Part shown: piece by piece, positions 11,161 to 23,427 of the stretch | How positions within the stretch are numbered: position 1 is the first letter of the stretch | Layout: every line of letters starts with the position of its first letter | Assembly (NCBI GenBank): GCA_000091205.1 | Contig: AP006497.2 | Direction: 5' to 3' (one strand) | Length of the DNA: 64,000 bases | Origin: Cyanidioschyzon merolae | Taxonomy: Eukaryota | Translations under genes and position numbers: made by a program | Notes under the pieces: generated by a model | Told to the model about the DNA's origin: nothing | Database searches by the model: none | The model's input: only the letters and a program-made list of their open reading frames with translations

Positions 11161-13384
11161 ATGCCGGATGTGCGCATGGTGGACATCGATGAATGCCGGA
11201 CGTCGATTAAGTATTCTTGTCACGCAAGTCGCCTCACGAATTTGAAAGGGATGATGACGAGAGCTATCAAAAACAAAGAAACGAAATCAAAAGAAAGGAG
11301 GTCGTATATTTCTCGGATCCGCAAAGTGCTGCCCTGCAAGCGTGTACGAGGCAGGGGCGAGAGGTAATTCTCCCAGCCGAGGCACCACATGGAACCGTGA
11401 CGACAACGGATGCCACAGCATTCCGCAGCTGCTACAGATCAGAGTGAGTAGCGTTTAACAACCTGCACCGTTGCAGCGCTCGACAGAAAATGAAAATCAT
11501 AGCCCAGAGGCCAAAAAGACTTGGCAATCTTACAGACCAAATGTCTCGAGGCGAGAGAAAGGTTACGGTACCCCGAGTCTCGTATGTGACGAGCATTTTA
11601 CACTGATACAGGCATGCAGGAGAGCGTGCGATGCAAAGACTGTCCTACAATGTTGGAGCATGCTCGTACACTATCATAGAAGCAAGCAAGCAAGAACGCG
11701 CGCGCACACGCACACCTTCGTATTCATACATGAATGTGCGCAAGCACTTGTATAGAGGCAAGTATTTTTTCATGGCTTCATATCGATGGATCTGTGTAGA
11801 TTCCGCTGGGTACTCGCCGAGTGCCGGTCATCAAACAAGAGACTGACGGGACCGTAGCGACCGCACGCAAGAATCCGAAGGGCAATGCAGTGAACATCCC
11901 CAGTTCAAGGCACCGAGTCCACATGGCGGCATCGATCCGGGGATACGCACCAGGTTGCGACTCGTCTCCAAATCGTTGATCTGGTCGGTTATTCGAGATC
12001 TCGGGTGCGCTTGTAATGCATTTTCGATATGGGCAAATGACCGACGCAGAGCTTTTCTGGTCGTCCAAGTCGAACGACAGCGAACATGTTATAGCCGGGC
12101 GTCCATGGAACGAGAAGGCGCCTACGACATCCGCATCCTATCGCGTTCGTTCAACCGAGTTTATGGTACGCAGGAGAAGACCGCCGCAGCAACGTACAAT
12201 GCGCTGTCGTTGGTTCTCAGTTTCAGTGCGCGCTTCACGGGTATTTGCAGGCGTTGTCGTGTCCGGCGCGTTGACCAGAACCTGCCTCTCTTCCAAAACT
12301 TGGACCTGTGGACTTGGTTACCTCCGGAGACACCGAACCTGCCAAGTTTTCCGGATTACCGTTGATCCGTCTGGAAAGCGCTCATTCGCTGAAAGCTGCT
12401 TGTGCCGAGAAAGCAGCACGCATCGCCAGCAGGTTCACGGACTAGCACTAGAACACGCGAGTGCAAGGCCTCATCTCCGGAGCAGTTCTATGTATCATGT
12501 TCGTACTCGATCTCCTTTCCTGATACATTGTAAACGAGCTGCTAAGAGCGCTCTTCAGAACTGCTCGGGTTCGCAGGCGCTGACCAGAAGTCGCATTCGA
12601 TAGAGGCATCTTCCAAGCCGTCGACATTCCAGGAGCCGCCATGTGGTCCATAGCGTAAACGCGTGGGATTCGGCAGACTCGATGGCCACAGGTATTCGCC
12701 CGAGTCGAGTCCAATGCATGCCAAGCTGGATTCAGAGCAGTTGGGACTTTGATATCTCGCCTAGTTGCTAGTCGTATATTGGCTCAAGAATGTTTTCCAG
12801 GAACTGATGGGCGTCTGCACACGTTGCCAAACTCATGATCTGAACGCCGTTATTGCTCAAGCCTGACGCACATTGCCGCGTCGAGCCCATTTCGCCGGAA
12901 TCTTCATATCCAGATGCTCTACGAGCCCGTGCCCGCACATGTTCTTGGGGCGCACAAGCCATGTCGGCATAGTGCACTCCCGTTTGCCCTGGGTTCAATA
13001 AAAATCCCACAACGCCAGCATGCAGCACTGAGCTTACCGAAATCACCCGCAGTAGCTGACTCGTACAAAGAAGACTGCTGGTCGGCCCCGTTGCCGAAGC
13101 GAATACGTGGTTCAAAGCTGCTTGCAGAGTCGGCACTGTCGAGGATGGCTCCGTCAGGGCTTCAAGTACCAAAGCATCCTTGCAGACATAAATCCGCTGG
13201 GCAAACACGACTTCGAATAAGGTTCATACAAACCCCGCCCGCTACGTCCACGCACAATCGTTCTCGAGAGATAACGCTCGATGCGAACGCACCCTTCTTC
13301 GTCAAGATCATGGAAATCACCTCGTGTGCAGTGTGTTGTTACACTTGCTCGCTGAGCCTCTTCCCATGTACTTGCTATCCAGTT

Positions 13385-14434
13385 TTACATGTGATGTCGC
13401 TCTTCAACTGGTGGCCGCGACCCTCCATGCGGAAAGCGGACCCCATGCAACTGCCGCCGATGATGACCATTGGGGTCAACTAGGTCAGCACAGAGTCGCT
13501 CGAGTAGCTGAGCGATCCCCGCCATGCTCGGTCGTGCGTCCGGCTGTTCTCGCCAGCACAGATGCATCAGTCGAGGGATACGCAGGTCCACGAAGCGGTG
13601 CGGTATCTGCGGACGCGCCCTCTGCAACGAAACCTTGAGCTGGATCTGTAGAGGGGTACACCCCGGGTACGGTTCGATCTGATGTGTCATCAATTGCCAC
13701 AGTACGATGCCGAAACCGTAAACATCGGCCTTTTCGCTGTAGGCCTCACATCGAATAACCTCAGGTGCACTGTACGCAATCGTTCCACATGGCGTCATCT
13801 TCTCACCGAGCGACGCCATCACCCGGCTGAGACCGAAATCAGAGAGCTTTAATACAAGACCATTATCCCGGTCGGCGAGAAGGAAATTGTCACTCTTCAC
13901 ATCGCGGTGGATGATTGGTGGTTTCTGGGCGTGTAGAAATGCAAGAGCACGTGCAGCGTCTCTCGCAAACGCCAGGTCTTGCTGCAGGTGCGGTTCCGCC
14001 TTCCGAATCCAGTTTGTGAGCGTTCCTCGGTTCAAGTACTCGCAGATGAAATATGGTGGAAGAACGGATACGTCAGAAACGCCCAGAAAACGGACAATAT
14101 TTGGATGGTGCAACGTCGAGAGCAGTCGCACTTCCTTCTGAAACTGCTTTAGCAGGTGCTCGCGTTCAGCCTTCGATTTACCAGAAACGTGGAGTACCTT
14201 AACCGCAACGATATGAACGTCTTGCCAGCGAGCTTTAAAGACCTCACCAAAGCTCCCCTTCCCGATCCTCGCCAAAACCTTGAGCTCGGCTGGCTTCACG
14301 ACGATGAGCGGAGGCGGGTGCCCAGCTGCGGGTTCAGTCGCAGTTTCCCGCCCTGTCTTCCAAAAGAACATATAATGGTGCGACAAAAACCAGAGACTAT
14401 CTGCAGTGTTTGCTAGGAAACAAAAAACAAGCAA
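13385..14434 (-). CDS. Ser/Thr protein kinase, TKL (Raf/MLK-like) family
   Basis: IGKGSFGEVF (Gly loop), VAVK, HRDVKSDNFLL, LSDFGLSR, TIAYSAPE, DVYGFGIVLWQL: full set of kinase subdomains. Confidence 0.85.
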   Translation of the reverse strand: MLVFCFLANTADSLWFLSHHYMFFWKTGRETATEPAAGHPPPLIVVKPAELKVLARIGKGSFGEVFKARWQDVHIVAVKVLHVSGKSKAEREHLLKQFQKEVRLLSTLHHPNIVRFLGVSDVSVLPPYFICEYLNRGTLTNWIRKAEPHLQQDLAFARDAARALAFLHAQKPPIIHRDVKSDNFLLADRDNGLVLKLSDFGLSRVMASLGEKMTPCGTIAYSAPEVIRCEAYSEKADVYGFGIVLWQLMTHQIEPYPGCTPLQIQLKVSLQRARPQIPHRFVDLRIPRLMHLCWREQPDARPSMAGIAQLLERLCADLVDPNGHHRRQLHGVRFPHGGSRPPVEERHHM

Positions 14435-15208
14435 AGAAGCACAGAGCCGAACCAGAGCCCAAAAAGTCCAGCGCGAAAACGCGTTTTCCCTTGTATTCGT
14501 ACTGGATGCAGTGCGACTGTGGCATCGGCGCGTGGGCGTTTGAAAGCGCTCCGCTGGCGGCTTTGACTAGGGGCGCTCATGCTGCTCTGGCGTTGCCGTT
14601 TCGCCTACGGATATCTGAGGGTGTCATCGATGCCTCGATATACAGAGGCTCTCGCGGGCACCAACGCTGGTGCTGTCCGGAGCAGCCCGAGGTCTAGAAC
14701 AAGCGTTCCCCGTACCTATTCGTTCCGCAGCATTGTTTCGTTGTAGCGTATAGGTGCCGGTAAGCGGCACCTTGGGATTTTGTATGCGCGTTTTTATAAC
14801 GTAGGATCGATGAATCAAACGTACGTTCCACAGAAGAGCAAGCTGTCTACTCATTTCCATGGAAGAGGCACCATCTCATCTACGAAAGCTTGTGTACTAA
14901 ACCAGCTTCTGCAAAAAGAAAGTCCCGTCGGCACTTGCGATTTTATAGAGAGAGCGTGTAGACGTAGTGTCCAAAGCAGGGACTCTATATACAAGTGGAC
15001 GGCGTTTTGGACGCCTTCAACGATGCCGACATCCCTATGCCATAGAGCACACACACTTTTCAGAATGATGCATCGATCTCGCACGTTCACGGCGTATCGT
15101 CTCGGGTGACGGCAGTAAACACCGGTTCGTGTCCAGGTCGAATCGATCGCAGCTGCAATCAACGCAAGCGCAAGACTGTCTGTGAACGGCGCTTTGCCAG
15201 AATAGCGA

Positions 15209-15718
15209 GTGTTCAGGCCTATAACGAATACGAGTTATGAACGAATGGCAGCAAAACAGCCACCAGACGGTAATGGGCAGCGACCATCAACGTCCTCCGG
15301 CCGTGTCTGTTATCGCTGGAGTATAGTCTCGAGACCCGCAGAGAGTCAACTGGCCAAGCACGACCTGTGGTCGTCGCGAACACCAGAGGTGAGCTTCATG
15401 CCCGACGTGCCCGGTGAGTACGTTTTGTGCTTTAAACAGTTTTATCAGGGCAAAGTCTTTACGGATCAAGTGCGCATCTGGGTAGAGAAATCGAATCGAG
15501 TGGATCAAAAGCAGAAAGCGTCTGCGGCTGACGCAAACAGCTCGCCCAGAGAGACAACGGCCGTCGGATCAGGGACTCCAGAGGCAGCGAATCCGGCCTC
15601 TGCTGGAACCGACGACACTGGCGCTCTGATATCAGAGGGGCAGCAACAGCAGCACCAGCTCCCTCGTCCACCGGTCGACGCGGAGCTCTGTGTTCACATC
15701 AAACTCCCAAGTTCGTAG
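15209..15718 (+). CDS. Hypothetical protein; possible Ig-like/PKD-like beta-sandwich segment followed by a Gln-rich tail
   Basis: 169-aa ORF; VCYRWSIVSRP...DVPGEYVLCF pattern; weak evidence. Confidence 0.25.
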   Translation: MFRPITNTSYERMAAKQPPDGNGQRPSTSSGRVCYRWSIVSRPAESQLAKHDLWSSRTPEVSFMPDVPGEYVLCFKQFYQGKVFTDQVRIWVEKSNRVDQKQKASAADANSSPRETTAVGSGTPEAANPASAGTDDTGALISEGQQQQHQLPRPPVDAELCVHIKLPSS

Positions 15719-16447
15719 AGGCGCCGGACACTGAGGTCTATGCTGGATACTCGTTACCGGTTGCGAGCAAGGAAAAACAAATCGACCTGCACGCCCCGGA
15801 AGACGCAGGCGAAGCAACAACGGTTGTTGGCATCGCCTTTCAGAAGCACTTTAAAGGCGACTGGGAAGCATGTCGCATACGCTGGCGGTCACGATTATCC
15901 ATGGGATAGGAAACAGCGCCCGGGGTTCGGTTGCGGACGGTGCCCATTAGGGCTCCGAGGGATCACGGAGCGGTTCGGGCTTCATATTCAGCGCAAATAC
16001 AACAAGCACATCGCTAACGATGAACCAGAAGCATACGCGATGCCTTGCCATCGCCACCCATTGATCCGAACGACGATGCGGTGCTGGAGGGGTCGGCTCG
16101 TCCGCTAGAGCGACGACTTTGCCGTCGTTCCCGATCATGCTACCGCATGCGTACTAGATGCATGGGTATATCAAGTCGGTTGCCAACCCGCGTCCTTTAC
16201 GATGAAAGAGGCGTCTGCTTGCGTTTCCACATGCACCCACGCACACCTTCCGGGACGTTCAAGCAGCGTACAGGTGCCACAGGATACTTGTCATGATCTG
16301 TGTGCACCCGGCGATCGGTGCAGGTGCCGGCTTTTCGCTCCCAGCAAGCTCGATGTGATTCCGAAACGATTCCCCTGTATCAGTCGCTTTCCTGGACGGC
16401 GATCAGATGTGTTCAAGATGATTGGCGCTCGCCTTCCGGGAACATGC

Positions 16448-19400
16448 TCAGTCGGCAGCAAGGATTTGGGTGCCACTGCCTGAACGCCTCCGTCGTTCGG
16501 TTTCGCGAGAGCGACTCTTACTTGAGGTCACTGTTAAGCCGACAATCTCGCGGAGGACATGTCTGGCGTGTCCAATGTCGGGTAGGAAGAACTCGGCGCT
16601 GGTGGGCGCGGAGCTCCCCGCAGTCACCACCCCGGATCCGACGCTACACGTCCACGCGATACGATCGCCAGTGTCGCGTCGATAACCGCGAAGCAGCGTG
16701 TACACTTCGTTATCATCCCGTGTATCAGCGGCCAAGCAGAAAACGAGATGCCACGAGGATCCGAGATCCTGCAGAACTCGGGCTACGGCAGCAGCCCGGC
16801 TACCGCCGCTGGCTCGAAAGTCAATGCGCTTGGCGCTGCCACCCTGGTGAATGACCTCCATCGGCATGGTGGTACAGTAGTCCACGAGATGGGCTTGCAA
16901 TTCACGGGCCTGCCAGACTCCGTAATCGGGATCAGCATCGCGATAGTGCCAGGATATAGAGCGCTCTTTGATCTCGAGAAAGCTTCCCGGTGTTCGTTCG
17001 GTGTAATAGTTCAAAATAGGCAAGATTTCGTGTTTCCATTTGAGCTCGGTCTCGCTCGCATTTGCTTCGGTTGCACTCGTGGTGACTTTCCATTCAGTTA
17101 GCCGCCCAGGGTGTCGATAAAACTGTCCATCCTCTGCGATCAGGCCCATGGATAGGAGCGTGGCGTTCGCAGAGCGCTCTCCACCGGCCCGGACTTCCTC
17201 AAACCAGCTCATGAGATGGCTGCGATCCCTAGAGCTCATCAAATAGACTCGATTATTTCCGTCCGAACAGAGACGCATCAGCAAGCGCCAGAGCATTTGC
17301 GATGGCGCCGCCAGCTCAGGGACACTTTGTTGTTCTTGGATGCTTCCCTCGTAACCGAGAATGAACAAGCGATGCTGAGCACGAGCCACTTGTTGCATGA
17401 ACTCCGGAACAGTCAGCAGCTGCTGGCTATCTGGCTGCTGTTGTTGCTGCTGCGTGCTGCGCAGCTGCTGCAACTCGGAGACAAACGACTGCGCCCAGTA
17501 CGACGCTGTGTGCGTGGTAACATACCGATAGAGCTTCCAGTGCTTCATTTCACGCTCGCGATCACTCATGGTGAGTGCCTCATGCATCGCGGCTGCAAGC
17601 TCCTCGATATTCCATGGATTCACCCGAATCGCACCGGAAAGCGACTGTGCCGAGCCGGCAAACTCGCTCAGAATCAGAACACCACATTTCTCTCTCTGGC
17701 ACATAACATACTCATAGGAAACTAAGTTCATGCCGTCGCGAATCGACGTGATAACGGCAACATCAGCGACGTGATACAGGGCGCACAGCTCCTCAAAAGG
17801 AATGCTCTGATTGATAAACATGATGGGTGCATACTCCACGGAGCCGAACCTGCCGTTAATCCGTCCCACAAGCTCGTTCGTGTACGCGATCAGCTTGCGG
17901 TACTCTTCGACCTCAATTCGAGACGGGACAGCGATCTGGGCCAGTACCACTTTCTCGTGCCATTCGGGGTACTTTTTGAGCAGGGTTTCAAAAGCGAGCA
18001 GCTTGTGCGGTACCCCCTTAATGTAGTCCAAGCGATCAACCCCGATGAGAATTTTTTGCCCTCGAAATCGATTGCGCAGTTCCTCGATCCGGGCTTTGAC
18101 CAGCGCCAGCTCCATCGTTCGCAAAAACAGGTTCGGATCAATGCCGATGGGGAAAATGCCGACCCGCGCAAAATGACCGTGGAAGGCGACGCCCTTGTGT
18201 GACGACTCCAGTCCGAGGATCCTCGTACATACTGAGAGGAAATGGCGCGCATAGTCGAAGGTGTGAAAGCCAATGAGATCCGCCGCAAGGACGCCCTCGA
18301 GAATCTCCCGCCGGACAGGTAGAATCCGGTAGACCTCGCTCGAGGGAAACGGCGTGTGCAAAAAGAAACCAATTCGAGTTGAGTGACGCAGTTTTCGTCG
18401 GAGCAGTGCTGGGAGCAGCATCAAGTGATAGTCCTGAACCCAGACTGAGTCGCCCCGTCGATACACCGACATGATTGCTTCGGCAAAGCGCTGGTTGGCT
18501 GTCGTGTACGCGGCCCAATACTTGTAATCGAACTTGCGCTCTCCGTCCTGGGAAACAACCTGCAATGGAACGTAGTGGAATAGAGGCCACAGCACATCGT
18601 TGCAGAATCCATTATAGTACAGTTCGTGAAGCTCTGCGCTCAAAAATACAGGCACCAGACCGTACCTATGAAGCAGCTCCGTGGATACCTGCGTCTCGTC
18701 TGCGGGATCGACTTCGCCTCCGGGCCAACCAACCCAAATGAATGGGAGCTCACGCGGGTCCAGCGCACCCTCCAGTGCCGATACGAGGCCCCCAGAGCTC
18801 ATGGTATAGTCGTACTGCCCATCATTGCGACGCTTCATCGTAATCGGTAAGCGATTCGACACGATGATCAACTTCGGCTTACTCTCATCCTCTGATTGCA
18901 TTTCAGAGTGCATATCGGTGCGTGTGTTTCGCGGTAACGAAGCCGCACGTCGACTAACGCGCCAGGAACCAGTGTGCTCCGTGGAGGCGCGAGCCTGGGT
19001 GCCGGCTGCGTCCAGTGCCGCTGCCGTGCCGTCGCTTCCTCCAAACGCCTGGATAGCACTCGATTCGGTATCTGCTGGACTACCAGAGGCTTGCGAAAAC
19101 TGACTGGGGCCCTCAGCGATCGTTTCCCTGACGGTCTGTGTTGCTGCCGATGCGGGAAGCGATATCGTTCTGCTCAACGCAGCGGAGGCGGCGTCATCGG
19201 AACCGGTGACACCAGTCTGTTGCAGCTCACCAGCGACGGGTGTACTCTCCGCTGGTGTCCCCAAATTCAGCGGCGTTCGGTTTGTGCCACTCGGTGGATT
19301 CCCCGACTCCCGAAGGTCCATGAGCTGGAACTGGAGCTCCTGAATGCGCGACAGAAGCTCATCTTCGGTTACATGATTCGGGGATACTGACGCTCCAGCT

Positions 19401-19906
19401 AAAGGCGAGCTCTGTTCAACAGCATGCGATCGTGCATGCGATCTTCTGTACGCAGCGCCAGTCGATCGGTAGGGGTTTTCACCCCCGATCTGCCGGCCGT
19501 ACAGCGCGGCCGTGACGTCTGTGTAACTGCCCGCTCCCGACTGACCTGCACTAGAGTCTTCAAGTTCAAAGTCTGTCGAAGAGAAATCAACCACTTCTTC
19601 AACATCTTCAACGGAATCGGAACTTTGATTGTTGGCATTCATCGGCCCAGGAAAGGTCACGAGGAAAAACTCCAACGAAATCCTCTGCACTTGTTCCGCA
19701 GAAGCGAAACTGCTGCAATTTGAACGAGAAGACGCCCCGTCACGCAGTCTGATTTTCGTACAGAAGCTCCAGTTTAGCACTTGAACCGCCAATACTATAC
19801 AGAGCTGGTAGAGAGCCCGCGCTTTTTTAACAGTACGCGCGCTCCAGGTTGCAACGACCAGGGCAAGCACCAATAGCCTCACGAGTACGAAGCGATACAA
19901 TCGCAT
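16448..19906 (-). CDS. Trehalose-6-phosphate synthase/phosphatase (GT20 synthase domain + HAD-type TPP domain) with a roughly 400-aa low-complexity N-terminal extension
   Basis: LIIVSNRLPITMKR...SGGLVSAL...FIWVGWPG...GFCNDVLWPLFHY...VWVQDYHLMLLP...DGMNLVSYEY (GT20 signature blocks). Downstream LFILGYEGSI...LMSSRDRSHL matches the TPP/HAD domain. Confidence 0.9.
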   Translation of the reverse strand: MRLYRFVLVRLLVLALVVATWSARTVKKARALYQLCIVLAVQVLNWSFCTKIRLRDGASSRSNCSSFASAEQVQRISLEFFLVTFPGPMNANNQSSDSVEDVEEVVDFSSTDFELEDSSAGQSGAGSYTDVTAALYGRQIGGENPYRSTGAAYRRSHARSHAVEQSSPLAGASVSPNHVTEDELLSRIQELQFQLMDLRESGNPPSGTNRTPLNLGTPAESTPVAGELQQTGVTGSDDAASAALSRTISLPASAATQTVRETIAEGPSQFSQASGSPADTESSAIQAFGGSDGTAAALDAAGTQARASTEHTGSWRVSRRAASLPRNTRTDMHSEMQSEDESKPKLIIVSNRLPITMKRRNDGQYDYTMSSGGLVSALEGALDPRELPFIWVGWPGGEVDPADETQVSTELLHRYGLVPVFLSAELHELYYNGFCNDVLWPLFHYVPLQVVSQDGERKFDYKYWAAYTTANQRFAEAIMSVYRRGDSVWVQDYHLMLLPALLRRKLRHSTRIGFFLHTPFPSSEVYRILPVRREILEGVLAADLIGFHTFDYARHFLSVCTRILGLESSHKGVAFHGHFARVGIFPIGIDPNLFLRTMELALVKARIEELRNRFRGQKILIGVDRLDYIKGVPHKLLAFETLLKKYPEWHEKVVLAQIAVPSRIEVEEYRKLIAYTNELVGRINGRFGSVEYAPIMFINQSIPFEELCALYHVADVAVITSIRDGMNLVSYEYVMCQREKCGVLILSEFAGSAQSLSGAIRVNPWNIEELAAAMHEALTMSDREREMKHWKLYRYVTTHTASYWAQSFVSELQQLRSTQQQQQQPDSQQLLTVPEFMQQVARAQHRLFILGYEGSIQEQQSVPELAAPSQMLWRLLMRLCSDGNNRVYLMSSRDRSHLMSWFEEVRAGGERSANATLLSMGLIAEDGQFYRHPGRLTEWKVTTSATEANASETELKWKHEILPILNYYTERTPGSFLEIKERSISWHYRDADPDYGVWQARELQAHLVDYCTTMPMEVIHQGGSAKRIDFRASGGSRAAAVARVLQDLGSSWHLVFCLAADTRDDNEVYTLLRGYRRDTGDRIAWTCSVGSGVVTAGSSAPTSAEFFLPDIGHARHVLREIVGLTVTSSKSRSRETERRRRSGSGTQILAAD

Positions 19907-21674
19907 CGATACGGTTCTGGGCGCGTAGGCTCAGCGCCGATCGTCTTCTCGCACCCGTACGTTGATTGTCGCCCTGTGTGTGTGTGTGTGTAGGATCGGC
20001 ATGCGAACATCGAAACGCTTTGATCTTTTACGGTTTCATCGTAGGTCGGTTTGTTCGGATACAATATTCGGATTATGAATGCTGTATTCAAGCAGAGGAC
20101 AAGACGAAGAAGGAGCCGGTGTTTAGGAGCAAGGATGAAGTACTCGAGCAACGTCGCGAGATGCGTTGCCGCAGCTCTATCAAGGTGTCTCGTACGCTGC
20201 AAGGAAATGGAAATCAATGCACAACGACGATGGAGACAGGCGGAATCCCATTTTGCATGCAATTTGCGAAACCGTTGCTTGATCCAGCCAACGAGGCTCA
20301 GGTTCGGCAGTTCAAGGTAGACGAAGAGAAAGATCTGGTGATGAGCGTGCATCTAGGATTGAAGAATATCGTGTTTGGTGGCTCAAAACCAAACCAAGAG
20401 GCCAGCGCCAAAGAGCGGAACGGAAAACGGATTAGGCTGGTTAAATTTTCCAGGGCGCGCTCGTCAACGAGAAACGCGCGCTATAAACGCCACGAGATAC
20501 ACCGACAAATGGAGTGGCAGCCTCAGTGCTCATCCAGACGCTCTGAGCACTCTTTCGAGCAGAGAACGATGCTTCACACACTTCATGACGTGGTTGTATA
20601 AGCGTTACAATGGCTCTCGAAGAGGATTTTTTCACTCGAGTACATGAGACCGTGCTGGGGCCGCAAACGCGGCTGCGGTTGTACCAAGACGGATCGGGCA
20701 CGTTACCCAATTTGTTCAATGCGATGGAAGAGGAATTGGAAATAAACGTCGTGTCGTTTGGTGGTCGCCTAAGCTGCTGAACGCGCTGTAGCGCACAAAG
20801 GGTACCATTCTGCTCCTTCGACGAGAGCGTACAGCTTGTGCAGGAATTGATTTATCCACATTCCCATCGATGAGTACAGAGTGACATGAACAGATGACGA
20901 GCACGGTTTTACGCTGTCACAAATAGAGAAGAAATGCGAAAAACAGACCCGAATCAACGAAATGGTGTACGGTACGCTGAACAGCCGTTCAAGATCTAGA
21001 CAATCGACGTTGAGACGCGTGCGATAATGTGATTCCACACGAGCAGCCAGGTGCGCAAACCCTTTCTGCACCCAGACTACAGCGCCTCGATTAACTTCAG
21101 GAGATCTTTGGTACCCTCGGAGCATCCGGATGATTTGTCTAGAGCATATATTCGAGACAATCGTTTGGTACTCAGGGTGGGTATTGTGATGGAAAAAAAG
21201 TCGTTGATCAGCAGAAAGAGAGAGCGTGTGTGCACTCTGTATTCCTGCCCGATCGCGAGCCCATGGTATGGTACGGTTCAGCGGAATCCAGGTACATCGG
21301 AGCGCCATATACGTACATATACCGAGAATAAATTTTCTGGGCAATTCTTCAACGATAACTGTTGTGCATGATACGATATTTCTGCGTATTCGTTATCCAG
21401 AGGCGGCGTACGGGAACTCCTAGGAAACGTGGAAATACATGGACAAACCTGTCTAAACTACAGCCGAAGCCGCATTCGTCACTCCAGATGGTGGACACGC
21501 GCGCTTCCCTTCCTTCCCTGACGTCGTTTCTTTTTCTGTGCTGCCGCCTGACGCAGACTACACAGATTGCGCACTGGAGGCTAGCTTTCTGAATAGTGTA
21601 CTAGGCTCTTCGCTAATGATCATACATACCTGAGGAGCAAGTCACTTTGAGCGTTTGCGGTCCGAATCTCACAC

Positions 21675-22649
21675 ATGAAGGCGGCAGCACAAAACTTCAC
21701 GCCGAACGGTGCGAACGGGGGCCGCACCTCGCTCTTCCGCGCTGTCCTTGCAATGGCCTACTACATCACAGCAGCTTCGGGCTTGACAATATTGAACAAA
21801 AGTATTTTTTCCAGTTTTGGCTTCCGGTACCCGCTGGTGCTTGTTGAAGCACAACTCTTGTGTACACTCGGGCTCTTCGAGTTGTTGACGCGGTGTCATG
21901 CGCTCCAGCGGCCGACCTGGAGCTTCGCCAGCGCATCGAAAATGCTGCCCCTTGTTGGCTCTTACCTCGTCATGCTATTGAGCGGCATGTTTGGACTCCA
22001 GAACACGACGCTGGTCATCTATAATACGTTACGGCGTACCACTGTGGCTTTTGTTCTCGTCCTCGAGTACTTTATTTTGAACGTGTTCCCGACCCTGCCA
22101 ACGCTCTGCTGCGTCCTCGCTATGACGTTAGGTGCCACGTGGGCTGGTCTCGTGGACAGCACCTTCGATCTATACGGATACGTGATGATTTTCGTTGCGA
22201 ATGTCTCTTCAGCGTTATATGTTGTGTATGCGCGACAAGTCAAACAAACATCAGCATGGAGCAACACCGACATCCTGTACTTGAATAGCTTATTCTCCGC
22301 ACCGCTGGTGTTAGGGTTTGTGCTCTGGCGTGGTGAGTTGACACAACTCTATCGTATGGGAATCGGAGCATATCCATGGAGTTTTTATTTGATTTTTGCA
22401 TTGGCCTGTTTGATGGGCTTTATTATCAACCATTCAATCTTCTACAACACGAACACAAATTCGCCACTGACGCAGACCATCTCTGCGCAGGTCAAAGATG
22501 TGATTTTGCTCGTTGCAAGTGCACCGTTCGATGGAACCAAGGCCATCAGCGAGAATTTGGTAGGTATCTTGATCAGCCTGCTTGGCAGTGTAGCGTACTC
22601 GATCATCAAATACAGGGAGCACAGGGCGCTAACAGAGGAGCGTCACTAG
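21675..22649 (+). CDS. Triose-phosphate/nucleotide-sugar transporter family (DMT superfamily) membrane protein
   Basis: about 10 hydrophobic helices; LTILNKSIFSS...YNTLRRTTVAFVLVLEY...VKDVILLV motifs typical of TPT/NST transporters. Confidence 0.65.
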   Translation: MKAAAQNFTPNGANGGRTSLFRAVLAMAYYITAASGLTILNKSIFSSFGFRYPLVLVEAQLLCTLGLFELLTRCHALQRPTWSFASASKMLPLVGSYLVMLLSGMFGLQNTTLVIYNTLRRTTVAFVLVLEYFILNVFPTLPTLCCVLAMTLGATWAGLVDSTFDLYGYVMIFVANVSSALYVVYARQVKQTSAWSNTDILYLNSLFSAPLVLGFVLWRGELTQLYRMGIGAYPWSFYLIFALACLMGFIINHSIFYNTNTNSPLTQTISAQVKDVILLVASAPFDGTKAISENLVGILISLLGSVAYSIIKYREHRALTEERH

Positions 22650-23427
22650 CGCTCCCACGTTCCATGCACCTCATTGAAGTAGCCTGCGGAGATGATTTTC
22701 CTCGAAGAACGTCTCCAACGAGAGCCATTGGCTACGCGCGAGAAACCGGATGCGCTTCCAGACGCCAGTGTCGCTGCCAGGCAACCTCGCTTTGTTTTGC
22801 TGATCGCGAATGGCTACTCCGTCTACGCTGTGGACCGCTGAGATACATGTTGTGGTATTCTCAGGGGGGCGTGTCGCGTGGAAGCGGACGCAAGTTTAGA
22901 CGAGTACGTAGAGGCATGGCAGTCGTGACTGATAAGAGACGCTGACGTCCCAGCTGCGTACCGGCAATATCGACAGGCCATGAACGCCAACTGCACGGAT
23001 GCAACAAAGCGAGTCGGCTTTCCGGTGCACGCGTTTATAGCTGCCGACGGATGATGGACACTGCTGTTGTATCGCTCCTGGAGCAGAGCGCCCGCTTCTT
23101 GCGACAGTCTCCAAAATGCTGGGGATCCGCGTGGTTGCATGCCCACAAGCTCGACTGATGGGCGTGCGTTGCTCCGACGTTTGCACGCTTGCCACGTGCA
23201 TGAAACTGGTGGAACCTGAAGCGCGCTGGTCCGTTCACCATCGAACTCGAAGCAGTGCAGCGTGTCGAGTCGAGTGCATTTCAGAGCGTGTATCAAGGCG
23301 CGTCGCATGAGGCATCTGTCACGTAATTTGGCAAGAGAACCGGGGTATTCACGATGAGCGCTGTCTCGCTTCATGGAAACCGATGTTCATCGATCATTCC
23401 GCGTACGAGCTAGGATTTCGCGGCCCA

